From: Candidatus Krumholzibacteriota bacterium
Lineage (GTDB): Bacteria > Krumholzibacteriota > Krumholzibacteriia > JAJRXK01
Direction: 5' to 3'
Assembly: GCA_963764625.1 (NCBI GenBank)
Contig: CAVXTH010000006.1
Coordinates: forward strand, 768,001-832,000
Length of the DNA stretch: 64,000 bases
In this document: positions 7,550 to 17,540 of the stretch, one piece after another
Numbering within the stretch: position 1 is the first letter of the stretch
Layout: each line of letters starts with the position of its first letter
Made by a program: the position numbers and the translations under genes
The notes under the pieces: model-generated
Told to the model about the DNA's origin: nothing
Databases searched by the model: none
The model's input: only the letters and a program-made list of their open reading frames with translations

Positions 7550-10183
7550 TTAGGCGTCTTCGGAGGCGTCGGCCTGAAAGCCCTCGAGCCGTTCCTTGAG
7601 CTGGGCCAGGAGGAGAAGGGCATCGACCGGGCGTAGGGTCTCCGGTTGCACCTTGCGCAGACGCTCGAGCACTTCTGTTTCGGAGGAATCGAAGAGCGGC
7701 AGTTGGAGTCCCGGCGATGAGGTGGTGGGGGGAGTCTCCGCTCGCGCCGACGCGTCGCGTCGCCGTTCTTCGAGCAGGGCTCGCGCGCGCCGCAGGACCG
7801 TGGGGGGAACCCCGGCCAACTCGGCCACGTGGATTCCGTAACTGCGATCACCGGCCCCAGCAATCACCTTGTGCAGAAAGAGGATCTTCCCCTGCCAGTC
7901 GCGAACCTCCATCTGGATGTTGGCCAGGCGCGGCAAGCGTCCAGAGAGCTCGGTCAATTCATGGAAGTGCGTGGCGAAGAGAGACTTGGGGCGCACCGGT
8001 CCGTCGTGAAGATACTCGGTGATAGCCCATGCCAGCGCGAGTCCGTCGTCGGTGGAGGTCCCACGACCGACCTCGTCCAGGATCACCAGACTCTGATCGG
8101 TGGACCCCCGTAGGATCTTGGCGCACTCGGCCATCTCGACCAGGAAGGTGCTCTGCCCGCGCGCCAGGTTGTCACTGGCCCCCACGCGAGTGAAGAGACG
8201 ATCGACCAGGCCAATTCTCGCGCGCCGGGCCGGCACGAAGGAACCCATCTGCGCCATGACCACCAGCAGGGCGGCCTGCCGCAAGTAGGTCGACTTGCCC
8301 CCCATGTTGGGTCCGGTGAGCAGGAGGATCTGACGCTCCTTGGAGTCGAGGTGGAGATCATTGGGCACGAAGGGTTCCGCAACCAGTTGCTCCACCACCG
8401 GATGGCGACCGTCCTCGATCTGCAGCACGCCGCTCTCGTCGATACTCGGGCGCACGTAGTCGCGCGCGATGCTCAACGCGGCCAAGCTGCCGAGAGTGTC
8501 CAGCCTGCCCAACGCCTGGGCCAGAGCACGCAGAGCTTTCAGAGAATCGGCCACCGAATCGAGTAGCTCGAGGTAGAGTTTCTTTTCGAGTTCGATTCGC
8601 CTGTCCTCGGCGTTCAGGATCTGCCGCTCTCTCTCCTTCAATTCATCGGTCACGTAGCGTTTCGCCGCCGCCAGGGTCTGCTTTTCCTGATAGTCCGGCG
8701 GCACCTTCTGCAGATGCGATCTGGTGACTTCGATGTAGTATCCGAAGACCCGGTTGAACGCGACCTTGAGCGTGGAGATGCCGGTGCGCGTTCGCTCCTT
8801 CTCCTGGTAGGCCGCCAGCCACTGCTTCCCCCCGCGCGCCAAGTCGTTGAGCTCGTCGAACTCGCGATGAACTCCCGCGCGCAGAATCCCCCCTTTGCGC
8901 AGGTGGGCCGGGGGTTCCTCCACCAGTTCTCTCAGCAGGGGCGTATTCAAGTCCGCGACGCCAGAGAGCTGCTCCGCGATCGCGGAGAGAAGGGGATCCG
9001 AGGGCGGAAATTCGAGCTCGGTGATGAGCGCGACGCGCGTGAGTGCCGCGCGAAGATTCGCCAGCTCCTTGGGCATGGCGCGGCGCGTGGCGATGCGTCC
9101 CAGAATGCGTTCGACGTCCCCCATGCCTTTGAGGGCGTCGCGCACCGACCGGAGAACCGCGGACTCGGTGCGCAGCGCCTGTACCGCGTCGAGCCGGCGT
9201 TCGATCCCGGCCTTGCTTCGCAGCGGCGCGCGCATCCATCCCGCGAGACAGCGGCGGCCCATCGGGGTCCTGGTGGCGTCCATCTGCGCGAACAGGGTTC
9301 CGTCGCGCGCCCCGGCTTGCAGACTCTGGAAGAGCTCGAGGTGCGCCACCGTCTCCCGATCGAGATAGAGGCGGTCTCCACTTCGCTGCACCAGGAGTTC
9401 CGCGACCTGCTGCGGGCGGCTGCGCTGCCGGTCCGCCAGGTATCGCAGGGCGCAGCCCGCCGCGCGGGCGGCCAGCTCGCTTCCGTCCAGGCCCAGACCC
9501 GTAATTCCACTCAACTTGAAGTGATCTTCCAAAGTGCTTGTAGCGTAACGGATTTCGAAGAGCAACGGAGAGACCCCGGTGGAGCTGATCCCCAGCAAGG
9601 CGCCGCCGCCACAGAGGGCCCGGCCGTCCTCCACCTGCTCTTGCGGCAGGACGATCTCGGCCACCGGATAGCGCCGCACCAGTCCCAGCACCTCCTCCTG
9701 CGACGCCTGGCCGCAGAGGAACTCCCCGGTGCTTCCGTCCAGAAGCGCGTAGCCCCACTCCCCATCGCCGGGAAGCAGGGCAAGGAGGTACACCCCCTCA
9801 TCGCTCTTGAGCAACGCAGGGTTGGTGACCGTCCCGGGCGAGAGGATCTCCACCACCTCGCGGCGCACCAGTCCCTTTGCCAGCGCGGGATCCTCCGTCT
9901 GCTCGCAGATGGCGACGGTGGCTCCGGTGTCCAGGAGCTTCACCAGATACTGGTCGAGAGCGTGGAAGGGAATCCCCGCCAGAGGGATCGGCTTCCCCCC
10001 CTTCTTCTCGCGCGCGGTGAGGGTAATGCCCAAGATTTTCGAGCAGTGTTGGGCATCCTCGAAAAACGTCTCGTAGAAATCGCCCATGCGAAACAGGAGG
10101 ATCGCGTCGGGATGCTCGGCCTTGAGTCCCAGGTACTGTTCCATCATGGGCGTGTGTTTGGCGGACTTGCGTCGCGTGCCCAT
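7550..10183 (-). CDS. mutS: DNA mismatch repair protein MutS
   Basis: TPMMEQY, FRMGDFYETF, TGPNMGGKSTYLRQ, DEVGRGTST, FATHFHEL, SYGIHVA. Start set at MGTRRKSAK (10183). Confidence 0.97.
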   Translation of the reverse strand: MGTRRKSAKHTPMMEQYLGLKAEHPDAILLFRMGDFYETFFEDAQHCSKILGITLTAREKKGGKPIPLAGIPFHALDQYLVKLLDTGATVAICEQTEDPALAKGLVRREVVEILSPGTVTNPALLKSDEGVYLLALLPGDGEWGYALLDGSTGEFLCGQASQEEVLGLVRRYPVAEIVLPQEQVEDGRALCGGGALLGISSTGVSPLLFEIRYATSTLEDHFKLSGITGLGLDGSELAARAAGCALRYLADRQRSRPQQVAELLVQRSGDRLYLDRETVAHLELFQSLQAGARDGTLFAQMDATRTPMGRRCLAGWMRAPLRSKAGIERRLDAVQALRTESAVLRSVRDALKGMGDVERILGRIATRRAMPKELANLRAALTRVALITELEFPPSDPLLSAIAEQLSGVADLNTPLLRELVEEPPAHLRKGGILRAGVHREFDELNDLARGGKQWLAAYQEKERTRTGISTLKVAFNRVFGYYIEVTRSHLQKVPPDYQEKQTLAAAKRYVTDELKERERQILNAEDRRIELEKKLYLELLDSVADSLKALRALAQALGRLDTLGSLAALSIARDYVRPSIDESGVLQIEDGRHPVVEQLVAEPFVPNDLHLDSKERQILLLTGPNMGGKSTYLRQAALLVVMAQMGSFVPARRARIGLVDRLFTRVGASDNLARGQSTFLVEMAECAKILRGSTDQSLVILDEVGRGTSTDDGLALAWAITEYLHDGPVRPKSLFATHFHELTELSGRLPRLANIQMEVRDWQGKILFLHKVIAGAGDRSYGIHVAELAGVPPTVLRRARALLEERRRDASARAETPPTTSSPGLQLPLFDSSETEVLERLRKVQPETLRPVDALLLLAQLKERLEGFQADASEDA

Positions 10184-11220
10184 CAGCTTTGTCCTGGAGT
10201 GAGAATGACGGCCTGCCAGCCGCTCTGGCCGAGGGTTGCTTGCGCACTCTCGGCCGCGCCGCGCGTGGCGTAGTGTCCCACTACCACGCGATACCAGGGT
10301 GGAGAACTCTGGACGCTGCGCTCGATGCGCAGCTCGTCCACGTGGCTCGAGAGGGTGAGCGCGAGTCTCAGGGCGAGACTGCGGTCGTGGAAAGCTCCCA
10401 CTTGAAGGGCGAAAGAAGAACGGCGGGCAGGGGCTTCGATTTCGGCCACGTTCGTTTCCGGCGTGACGGTCGAATCGCGCGCCGCCTTCAGTCCCTCTTC
10501 TCGTACCCATCTCGCCTCGGCGCTCCGCGGATAGCGGCGCAGGATTTCTCTTCTCGTCTCCGCCGCGCGTTCACCGTCCCCACTCTGAGCGAGAGCGGCA
10601 GATCTGGTGTAAAGAGCCTGGGGAGCGACGTCGGGATCCCTGGTGGCCAGAGCCGCCTCCGCGTACCGCAGGCCCCCCTGGACGTCGCCGCTACGCAGAC
10701 TGAGATCGGCCAGAAGCACTTGGGCCATCGAATAGCTTGGGCTGCGCGCTTCCACCAACAGCAGTTGTTCTCTGGCCTTGCGCGCGTTGCCGGCCGCCGC
10801 CTCGGCCATCCCCAAGAACAGCGCGATCTCTGGTAGCCGTCGCGAGGCCTGTAGAGGAAGACCCTCCAGGAACTCCGCGGCCGAGAGGTACCGTCCCCGA
10901 GCGAAATATTCGCGCGCACGCGCCAGGGCGATCACCTGATTGAGACTGTCGGCGGCGGATCCGCCGCTGGTCAGGGCCGCCGCCATGCGATCGAAACTCT
11001 CGGGATCGGTCACCAGCTGGGCTTGAATCCACCTCAGATCACGTGAGAGCGGCGCACCGTGCTTCACGTGGTCCTCGAGCAGCTGACTCGCCAAATCGTA
11101 GTGGGTCTGGTCCTTTAGCCGGCGAACCCGATCGAGCAGATCCTCTCCCAGGGCATGGCCCAGCACGCCCATCAGGGCGAGGGCCGCGGCCACGAGGGTG
11201 ACGACGCGCGCTCGCTTCAC
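10183..11220 (-). CDS. Exported TPR-repeat protein with C-terminal SPOR domain
   Basis: Signal peptide VKRARVVTLVAAALAL, TPR-like helices, and SPOR-like FALQVGAF..WYRVVVGHYATR. Confidence 0.75.
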   Translation of the reverse strand: MKRARVVTLVAAALALMGVLGHALGEDLLDRVRRLKDQTHYDLASQLLEDHVKHGAPLSRDLRWIQAQLVTDPESFDRMAAALTSGGSAADSLNQVIALARAREYFARGRYLSAAEFLEGLPLQASRRLPEIALFLGMAEAAAGNARKAREQLLLVEARSPSYSMAQVLLADLSLRSGDVQGGLRYAEAALATRDPDVAPQALYTRSAALAQSGDGERAAETRREILRRYPRSAEARWVREEGLKAARDSTVTPETNVAEIEAPARRSSFALQVGAFHDRSLALRLALTLSSHVDELRIERSVQSSPPWYRVVVGHYATRGAAESAQATLGQSGWQAVILTPGQS

Positions 11221-12398
11221 TGGGTGTGCCTCGCCAACACGCGGTGCACTCTCGCCTCGTTCTCGCGGGATCGCAGGGGCACGAGCCGTCCGCAGCGGGG
11301 GCAGGCCTGACGGGCCTCTTCGTCGAGATAGCCGCAGAATGAACAGGAGTACTGTCGGGGTCCGAAGGAGTCCGGCATGGAACCGAGCAGGCGCAAAAGC
11401 GCAGCGGGATCGTCCAGCTGACTCAAGAAGCGAATCCAGCCCGCCCAGGCCGGCAGGTCGGCGGCGCCAGGGGTGGGCGGATCCTCCACCAGCGCGAAGA
11501 AGCTCTCCAGGTCGCCCCGGCGAAGCCGCAGATCGGCCACCGCGCGCCACAGCGCCGCATCCTGCGGCCGGCCCGCGCGTTCGCGCTCGAGATCGGCGAG
11601 GAGGGTTTCCATCTTGCCCGCGCGCAGCGCGGCGTCAGCCAGGCGCGCCAAGAAGGTGCGCGCGCCGGTACGACTGTGGCGCAGGCCCTCTTCCCAGGTG
11701 TGCACCGCGCGGTCCGGCCGTTCCAACGCCATATAGCGGTCTCCGTCGACTTCATAGGCCGCGCCCAGAGTGTCATCCAGCTTGAAGGCCCGGCGCAGCA
11801 GGTCGCCCGCGTTCTGGGGCTTGCCCGCGCGCAGAGCCTCGCGCGCCATTTCCGCCAGGTAGGCTGCCGCTTCCCGACGCGTGTCGCCACCCGCGATCTT
11901 GGCCCGTTGTTCGAGTCGCTGGGCGGCGTACTCGGTGCGTCCCAGTCGATGCAACGCTCTCGCATGGCGCTCGAGAAGATCGGGATCGAGTATGCGTCGG
12001 TCCAACTCCTCGAGCCGTCGTTCAGCCTCGGCGAATCGATCTTGCGCCAGAAGGTCGTCCGCGATGGCCAGCTCGAGCAGACGTCGCAAGTCCGGTGGCA
12101 GAGAGGCGCGCGCGAGCAGCCCCTGGTGCAAAGATAGGGCACGCGCCGGATCACCTCCTTCGCGCAAGAGGTTTCCCAGTTGCAGATAGACCGAAGAGGG
12201 TGCGCTGCCGGCCCGGATGAGCTCGGCCATCAAGACTTGCGCCTCGTCCTTGCGCCCTTCCAAGAGGAGTTCGAACGCGTCCGCCGCCCCCTTGGGAGTG
12301 GGGCGCGATTCCTCGCTCTTGGTGAAAAGCATCCACAGAAGTATGGCTACGATCAGAGTGGAGGCCACGACGAGCGCGGTTGCCATTGGGTCGCTCAC
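11217..12398 (-). CDS. lapB: Lipopolysaccharide assembly protein B-like (TM, TPRs, rubredoxin-like domain)
   Basis: N-terminal TM, LGNLLREGGDPARALSLHQGLL, C-terminal CSFCG..CPRCG. Follows a lapA-like gene. Confidence 0.8.
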   Translation of the reverse strand: MSDPMATALVVASTLIVAILLWMLFTKSEESRPTPKGAADAFELLLEGRKDEAQVLMAELIRAGSAPSSVYLQLGNLLREGGDPARALSLHQGLLARASLPPDLRRLLELAIADDLLAQDRFAEAERRLEELDRRILDPDLLERHARALHRLGRTEYAAQRLEQRAKIAGGDTRREAAAYLAEMAREALRAGKPQNAGDLLRRAFKLDDTLGAAYEVDGDRYMALERPDRAVHTWEEGLRHSRTGARTFLARLADAALRAGKMETLLADLERERAGRPQDAALWRAVADLRLRRGDLESFFALVEDPPTPGAADLPAWAGWIRFLSQLDDPAALLRLLGSMPDSFGPRQYSCSFCGYLDEEARQACPRCGRLVPLRSRENEARVHRVLARHTQ

Positions 12399-12733
12399 AG
12401 CAGAGAATCACCGCCCGAGCTCGGAGCCACCGAGCTGGAGAAATCATCCAGTGGGGCCGCGCGAAGCCGGGCGATCTCGCGCTGGAATTCGTCCCGCTCA
12501 CGGCGGAGTTTGGCCGCGTCGAGTCGAAGGCGAATTTCGCGGACCACGGATACGAGCATACCCACCACGAAGCCGAAGAGAGCTGAACCGAAGATGATGA
12601 TCCACAGCGGCACCATGTGTTGGGTCCAGGCGAAGAGTTTCACCGTGACCCCGGGCGACTCGTTGTTCTGTACCGCGACCACGACGAAGAAGACCAGGAG
12701 AATGACGAAGAAAATGGTTTTAAGCAGCCACAC
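12395..12733 (-). CDS. lapA: LapA-family membrane protein
   Basis: Two hydrophobic segments around AVQN, followed by a charged coiled coil. Coupled to lapB. Confidence 0.8.
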   Translation of the reverse strand: MWLLKTIFFVILLVFFVVVAVQNNESPGVTVKLFAWTQHMVPLWIIIFGSALFGFVVGMLVSVVREIRLRLDAAKLRRERDEFQREIARLRAAPLDDFSSSVAPSSGGDSLL

Positions 12734-14063
12734 GATCGTACTTCCAGACTACGCCGAGAGTTTCGGCAAAAAAGGTTGTAGCCTGGCTGCCGGTTACTAG
12801 TACGAGGATCTCGTCTCCTCGCCCCAGATCGTCACGCGCCGGCACCAGGACTTTCCGGTTGTTCAGGGTGCGAGCTCTCAAGTAGCCGCGTCCCTTGCGA
12901 TCAGGTCCTTCGATCGCGACCTCCCATCGGCTCCCCACGAACGAGGCTGCCTCTCTCTCCCACAGCTCCGCCTGCAGGGCATTGACGCGATGAATCCTAT
13001 CGCTCTTCACCTCGTCGGGAACATCGTCCGCCAGTTTCGCCGCCGGCGTGTCGGGCCGAGCCGAATACTTGAACATGAAGGCCGAATCGTAGCGCATCTC
13101 CCGCATGACCGAGAGAGTCTGTTCGAAATCATGCTCCGTCTCGCCGGGAAAGCCAACGATGATATCCGTCGAAAAGCTGACATCGGGAAGGGCCTCGCGG
13201 CAGCGAGCCACCAGCTCGAGGTACTCCCCGCGCCGGTAGCCTCGCTTCATGCGTCGTAGAATACGATCGCTTCCGCTCTGGATAGGCATGTGGAGCCAAG
13301 GAGAGACCTTTTCGCACCCGGCGATGGCGGCAAGGGTGTCCTCGGTGAAGTCGGTGGGATGGTTGGTCAGAAACCGGATGCGCCGCAGCCCTTCCACCTC
13401 GTTCACTCGGCGCAGAAGCTCGGCGAAGCTCGCGTCCTCGTGCCGGTAGGCCGTCACGTTCTGACCCAAGAGAGTCACCTCCACCCCACCACGCTCCTGC
13501 ACCACCGCCTCGACTTCTCGCACCACGGCGGCAGGATCTTTGGGGCGCAGGGGACCACGGGTGTTCGGCACCACGCAGAAGGTGCAGCGGTAATCGCAGC
13601 CGCGCGTGATCGAAATGAAATGCGTGTTGTTCTCCGGATCGTGCTCCGGTGAGGCCTGGTAGGTGGCGATGTCGCTGGGCGTGGTATCGAACTGCGGCCT
13701 TCCGCTGCGCCGCACCGACTCGATCATTTCCGCGATCCGTCCGTACTGATCGGTCCCCACCACCAGATCGACCGCTTTTCTTCTCGCGTGCAGCTGCTCG
13801 CCGAGGCGCTGCGCCATGCACCCCACTACGCCCATGAGGACCTCTTGGCGTTCCTTCTTGTAGCGCATCAGCTCGCCGATGCGTCCGATCACCCGCTGCT
13901 CCGCGTTGTCCCGTACCGCACAGGTGTTCAGGAGCATCACGTCCGCCTGATCGGGGGTGTCCACCTCGGTGAAGCCGGCGCGCTTGAGATTGTCCAGGAT
14001 GACCCGGCTGTCGTAGACGTTCATCTGACAGCCGTAGGTTTCGATATAGAGGCGGTTCTTCAT
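12720..14063 (-). CDS. miaB: tRNA-i6A37 methylthiotransferase
   Basis: ETYGCQMNVYDS, NTCAVR, GCMAQ, GCDYRCTFC, LLGQNV, TRAM tail. Start at MKNRLY. Confidence 0.93.
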   Translation of the reverse strand: MKNRLYIETYGCQMNVYDSRVILDNLKRAGFTEVDTPDQADVMLLNTCAVRDNAEQRVIGRIGELMRYKKERQEVLMGVVGCMAQRLGEQLHARRKAVDLVVGTDQYGRIAEMIESVRRSGRPQFDTTPSDIATYQASPEHDPENNTHFISITRGCDYRCTFCVVPNTRGPLRPKDPAAVVREVEAVVQERGGVEVTLLGQNVTAYRHEDASFAELLRRVNEVEGLRRIRFLTNHPTDFTEDTLAAIAGCEKVSPWLHMPIQSGSDRILRRMKRGYRRGEYLELVARCREALPDVSFSTDIIVGFPGETEHDFEQTLSVMREMRYDSAFMFKYSARPDTPAAKLADDVPDEVKSDRIHRVNALQAELWEREAASFVGSRWEVAIEGPDRKGRGYLRARTLNNRKVLVPARDDLGRGDEILVLVTGSQATTFFAETLGVVWKYDRVAA

Positions 14064-14064
14064 C

Positions 14065-15432
14065 TCATCTCCCCCCGTCCGCAGCCCTGAGGATCCCGCG
14101 TGAAGCCGTGCCGGCGGCGCCGGTAAGAACCCCGCGCAGCCGGCCCTTCTCGTCCATCGACTCCACTCGCAACTCGACGCGCTTTCGCTCGAGGCCCGGA
14201 TCCGCCTGGGCCCACACCGTGGCGTAGTCCTCCAGCATGATCTCGCGACATCCCCTCGCTCCTTGGGGATCCAGACCCTCGACCACACCCTCGTACACTC
14301 CATGAAGGTGCTTGCGCAAGAAGGCGGTCCGCTTTCTCTTCCCCGCCTCGCGCAGGATCTTGGCGCGCTCGGCGACGACACCACTTTCCGCCTGCTTGGG
14401 CAGACCTGACGCCACGGTTCCCGGTCGATCGGAATAGGGAAACACATGATAAAAGCTGATCGGAGTCGACTCAAGCAGGGCCGCGGTTTCCGCGAAGGCG
14501 GCCTCATCTTCGTTGGGAAATCCGACGATGAGATCGGCTCCCAGGCCGAAATCCGGATCGAGCTGCGCGATCCCAGCCACCAGCCGCCGGAAATAGGTCG
14601 TGCTGTAGGCGCGCCGCATCTGCCGCAGCACCGCGTCGCTGCCGGACTGCAGAGACAGGTGCAGGTACCGGCAGAGTCTGCGCTCTTCGACCAGGAGTCG
14701 CACCAGGCGGGCATCGACCTCCGAGGGATCGATGCTCGAAAGACGAAAGCGCACTCTTGGATCGACGGCATCGAGCAGCATGGTCAGCAGCTCGTGGAGT
14801 CGTGTTCTCGGCTGCAAATCTCTTCCATAGTGGCCGAGGTGAACTCCGCCCAGCACGATCTCCTCGTAGCCGTTGGCCGCGAGCCGCTGCGCTTGCTGCA
14901 CGATCTCCCGGGGCTCGCGCGACCGGCTGGGGCCCCGCGCGCTCCAGATCGCGCAGAAGGTGCAGCGCATGTTGCAGCCTTCCTGCACCTTGATGGTGGC
15001 GCGACTCCTTCCCGCGAAGTCCTCGATCCACTCGCCCTTGCGCGCGCTCATGCGTCGCGGGTAGTCGGCCGCGCGAAGAATTCGGCTGCCAGCCGCGACC
15101 TCGTCGAGATAGTCCTCGAGGTGCTTCTTTTCCTCGTTCCCGAGGGCGGCGTCGATCTCGGGGAGCTTCATGAGCGGCTCGCCGTTCACCTGAACGTAGC
15201 ATCCCACCACGACGACTTTCGAATCGGGCCGACGGCGCTTCACCGCCCGCGCCAACTGCCGGCACTTCTTCTCGGCGCGCGTCGTGACGGTGCAAGAATT
15301 GATCACGTAGATCTCGGCCTCCTCGTCCCATTCCACCACTCCAGCCCCGGTCTTCTTGCCCAGACGATGGCGCATGGCCTCGGTTTCGAAGAGGTTCAGT
15401 CTGCAGCCGAGCGTTGTGAATGCGACCCGCAT
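14065..15432 (-). CDS. mtaB: tRNA-t6A37 methylthiotransferase
   Basis: TLGCRLNLFETE, INSCTVT, KVQEGCNMRCTFC, RLSSIDP, HVFPYSDRPGT. Confidence 0.9.
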   Translation of the reverse strand: MRVAFTTLGCRLNLFETEAMRHRLGKKTGAGVVEWDEEAEIYVINSCTVTTRAEKKCRQLARAVKRRRPDSKVVVVGCYVQVNGEPLMKLPEIDAALGNEEKKHLEDYLDEVAAGSRILRAADYPRRMSARKGEWIEDFAGRSRATIKVQEGCNMRCTFCAIWSARGPSRSREPREIVQQAQRLAANGYEEIVLGGVHLGHYGRDLQPRTRLHELLTMLLDAVDPRVRFRLSSIDPSEVDARLVRLLVEERRLCRYLHLSLQSGSDAVLRQMRRAYSTTYFRRLVAGIAQLDPDFGLGADLIVGFPNEDEAAFAETAALLESTPISFYHVFPYSDRPGTVASGLPKQAESGVVAERAKILREAGKRKRTAFLRKHLHGVYEGVVEGLDPQGARGCREIMLEDYATVWAQADPGLERKRVELRVESMDEKGRLRGVLTGAAGTASRGILRAADGGR

Positions 15433-15502
15433 GACTTCTCCCTTCTGGCTGGTTCGAGGCGCGCGATCCGGGGTCGATCGAGCATCAGGCCACACATCGA
15501 GA

Positions 15503-15535
15503 GAGGCCCCGTCCGGTGATCCCGGGCGGGGCCTC
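15503..15535 (-). terminator. GC-rich hairpin downstream of rpsA
   Basis: GAGGCCCCGCCCGG / CCGGACGGGGCCTC stem with one mismatch. The tail is pyrimidine-rich but weak. Confidence 0.55.
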
Positions 15536-15574
15536 GCTGCACACGTCTCGCTCACGAATCGCGAGGCGCGGGGC

Positions 15575-17440
15575 TTAAGACTCCCGTGCGTTCTCCGCCG
15601 CCAGCTCCTGGTCGAGTTCATCACCTTTGTAAGCCTCGCCCGCCGCGAGTTCTTCCTCGGTGAGTTCGCGCTTGGGATGAGCTTCGATGTAGGCTTCGAG
15701 TTCGCCTTCGTGCTTCGCGAAATACTCCTGGGCGGAGAGCACGATCTTGCGATTCTCCACGTCCATCTTGATGACGGTGAGGGGAATTTCCTCGTCGACC
15801 CGGAAGTGCTCCTGGGCTGAGGACATCTCGGGGATCGCGAGTTGCTGCGCCGGCACGAATCCCTCGACCTGATCCTCCACCTCGATGATGGCTCCGTGGT
15901 CCAAGAGACGCATGATCTTGCCATTGCATTCGGTTCCCGCGCCGTACTTCTCCCCCAACTCTTCCCAGGGATTCTCCTGCATCTGCTTGATGCCCAGGCT
16001 GATGCGACGGCGCTCCTGGTTGATGTCCAGAATGACGACATCGACGGTGTCGCCCTTCTTGACGATTTCCTTGGGGTGGCGAATTCGCTTGGTCCAGCTC
16101 ATGTCGGAGATGTGCACCAGACCGTCGATGCCCTCCTCGACCTCGACGAAGGCGCCGAAATCGGTGAGGTTGCGCACTTTGCCCGTGAGCTTGGTTCCCA
16201 CCGGGAAACGCGCCTCGAGAGTCTCCCACGGATCGGGTTCGGCCTGTTTGAGTCCCAAGGAGATCTTCTCGCTCTCCTTGTCGACCTTGAGGACCATGAC
16301 CTCGACATCTTCCCCCAGGGTGACGATCTTCGAAGGGTGACGAACGTTGCGGGTCCAAGACATTTCGCTGATGTGGATGAGACCTTCGATCCCCTTCTCC
16401 AACTCCACGAATGCCCCGTAGTTGGTGATACTGACCACCTTGCCGGTGACGAGCTTACCCTCGGTGTACTTGGCCTCGACGTCCTCCCAGGGATACTCCT
16501 GGAGCTGTTTGAGACCCAGTGAGATTCGTTCGCGGTCGCGGTCGAACTCCAACACCTTCACTTCGATTTCGTCGCCGATGTTCACCATTTCGTTGGGGTG
16601 ATTGACGCGGCCCCAACTCAGATCGGTAATGTGCAAGAGCCCGTCGATGCCGCCGAGATCGACGAAGGCACCGAAGTCGGTGATGTTCTTGACCACGCCC
16701 TTGCGAATCTGTCCCTTTTCCAGCTCGGCGATGAGCTTTCTCTTCTTGCGCTCCCGCTCCTCTTCGAGCACGACCCTGCGGCTCACCACGATGTTGCGGC
16801 GGCGCTTGTTGATCTTGATGATCCGAAACTCGAGGGTCTCCCGCAGCAGCGCGTCGAGATCGGGGACCTGACGAAGCGCGACCTGGGAGCCGGGCAAGAA
16901 CGCGTCCACGCCCATCAGTTTGATAACCAGCCCACCTTTGATGCGCCGATCGACGACGCCGTGGACCACGCGGTGCGTGTCGTACGCCGTCTTGATGTCG
17001 TCCCAGACCATCAAGAAGTCGGCCTTCTCTTTGGACAGGGAAATCAGTCCATCTTGGTTCTCGATCTTCTCCAGGTAGACGTCCAAAAAGTCGCCCACCT
17101 TGATCCGCCCCTGGCCGCGGAATTCGGTGATGGGAATGGCGCCCTCGCTCTTGAAGCCCACGTCGACCAGGACTTCGTTCTCGAGCACTTCGACGACGGT
17201 TCCGTGCACGATGGTTCCCTCGCGAATTTCGCTGAGGGTTCCTTCATATTGTTGGATCATCTCGAGCATCTGCTCGGGAGAATAGACGTCCTCCTCGAGG
17301 AGCTCGGGATTCACGATATCCTTGGGATCGAATTCTGTGGTGACGGTTGCGGCTGGATGCCCCCCGGCGCGGCCCGGTGCGGGGCGGGCGCCAGAGACAA
17401 AAGCTTCCGGTTCGCCCGGTTGGGGTGAAAACTCACTCAT
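15575..17440 (-). CDS. rpsA: 30S ribosomal protein S1
   Basis: Six S1 repeats (DFGAFVDLGGIDGLLHITD and similar). AGGAGG lies upstream of ATG 17440. Confidence 0.96.
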   Translation of the reverse strand: MSEFSPQPGEPEAFVSGARPAPGRAGGHPAATVTTEFDPKDIVNPELLEEDVYSPEQMLEMIQQYEGTLSEIREGTIVHGTVVEVLENEVLVDVGFKSEGAIPITEFRGQGRIKVGDFLDVYLEKIENQDGLISLSKEKADFLMVWDDIKTAYDTHRVVHGVVDRRIKGGLVIKLMGVDAFLPGSQVALRQVPDLDALLRETLEFRIIKINKRRRNIVVSRRVVLEEERERKKRKLIAELEKGQIRKGVVKNITDFGAFVDLGGIDGLLHITDLSWGRVNHPNEMVNIGDEIEVKVLEFDRDRERISLGLKQLQEYPWEDVEAKYTEGKLVTGKVVSITNYGAFVELEKGIEGLIHISEMSWTRNVRHPSKIVTLGEDVEVMVLKVDKESEKISLGLKQAEPDPWETLEARFPVGTKLTGKVRNLTDFGAFVEVEEGIDGLVHISDMSWTKRIRHPKEIVKKGDTVDVVILDINQERRRISLGIKQMQENPWEELGEKYGAGTECNGKIMRLLDHGAIIEVEDQVEGFVPAQQLAIPEMSSAQEHFRVDEEIPLTVIKMDVENRKIVLSAQEYFAKHEGELEAYIEAHPKRELTEEELAAGEAYKGDELDQELAAENARES

Positions 17441-17494
17441 CTGACTTTGGTTCCTCCTGGACATGGATTTGCCCGCAGCGGCGGGCAGACGCAT

Positions 17495-17523
17495 AGAATA
17501 GTCCACTTAAAGGGGCTCTGCAA
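17495..17523 (-). promoter_or_regulatory. Sigma70-type promoter for rpsA
   Basis: TTGCAG-17 nt-TATTCT, followed by leader hairpin TGCCCGC-cgct-GCGGGCA. Confidence 0.6.
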
Positions 17524-17540
17524 GCGCCGCTTCCGCTGAT

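Noticed and set aside
8714-10273. Long plus-strand ORFs (e.g. 700-2127, 8714-10273, 29924-31432, 42530-44488)
   Set aside because: They are antisense shadows of recognisable minus-strand genes, as expected in high-GC DNA, and carry no recognisable motifs.
12720-16041. Long N-terminal extensions on MiaB and MtaB (also MutS, Cmk, PurC) in the ORF track
   Set aside because: The extensions overlap upstream genes. Family-typical N-termini begin at later start codons.
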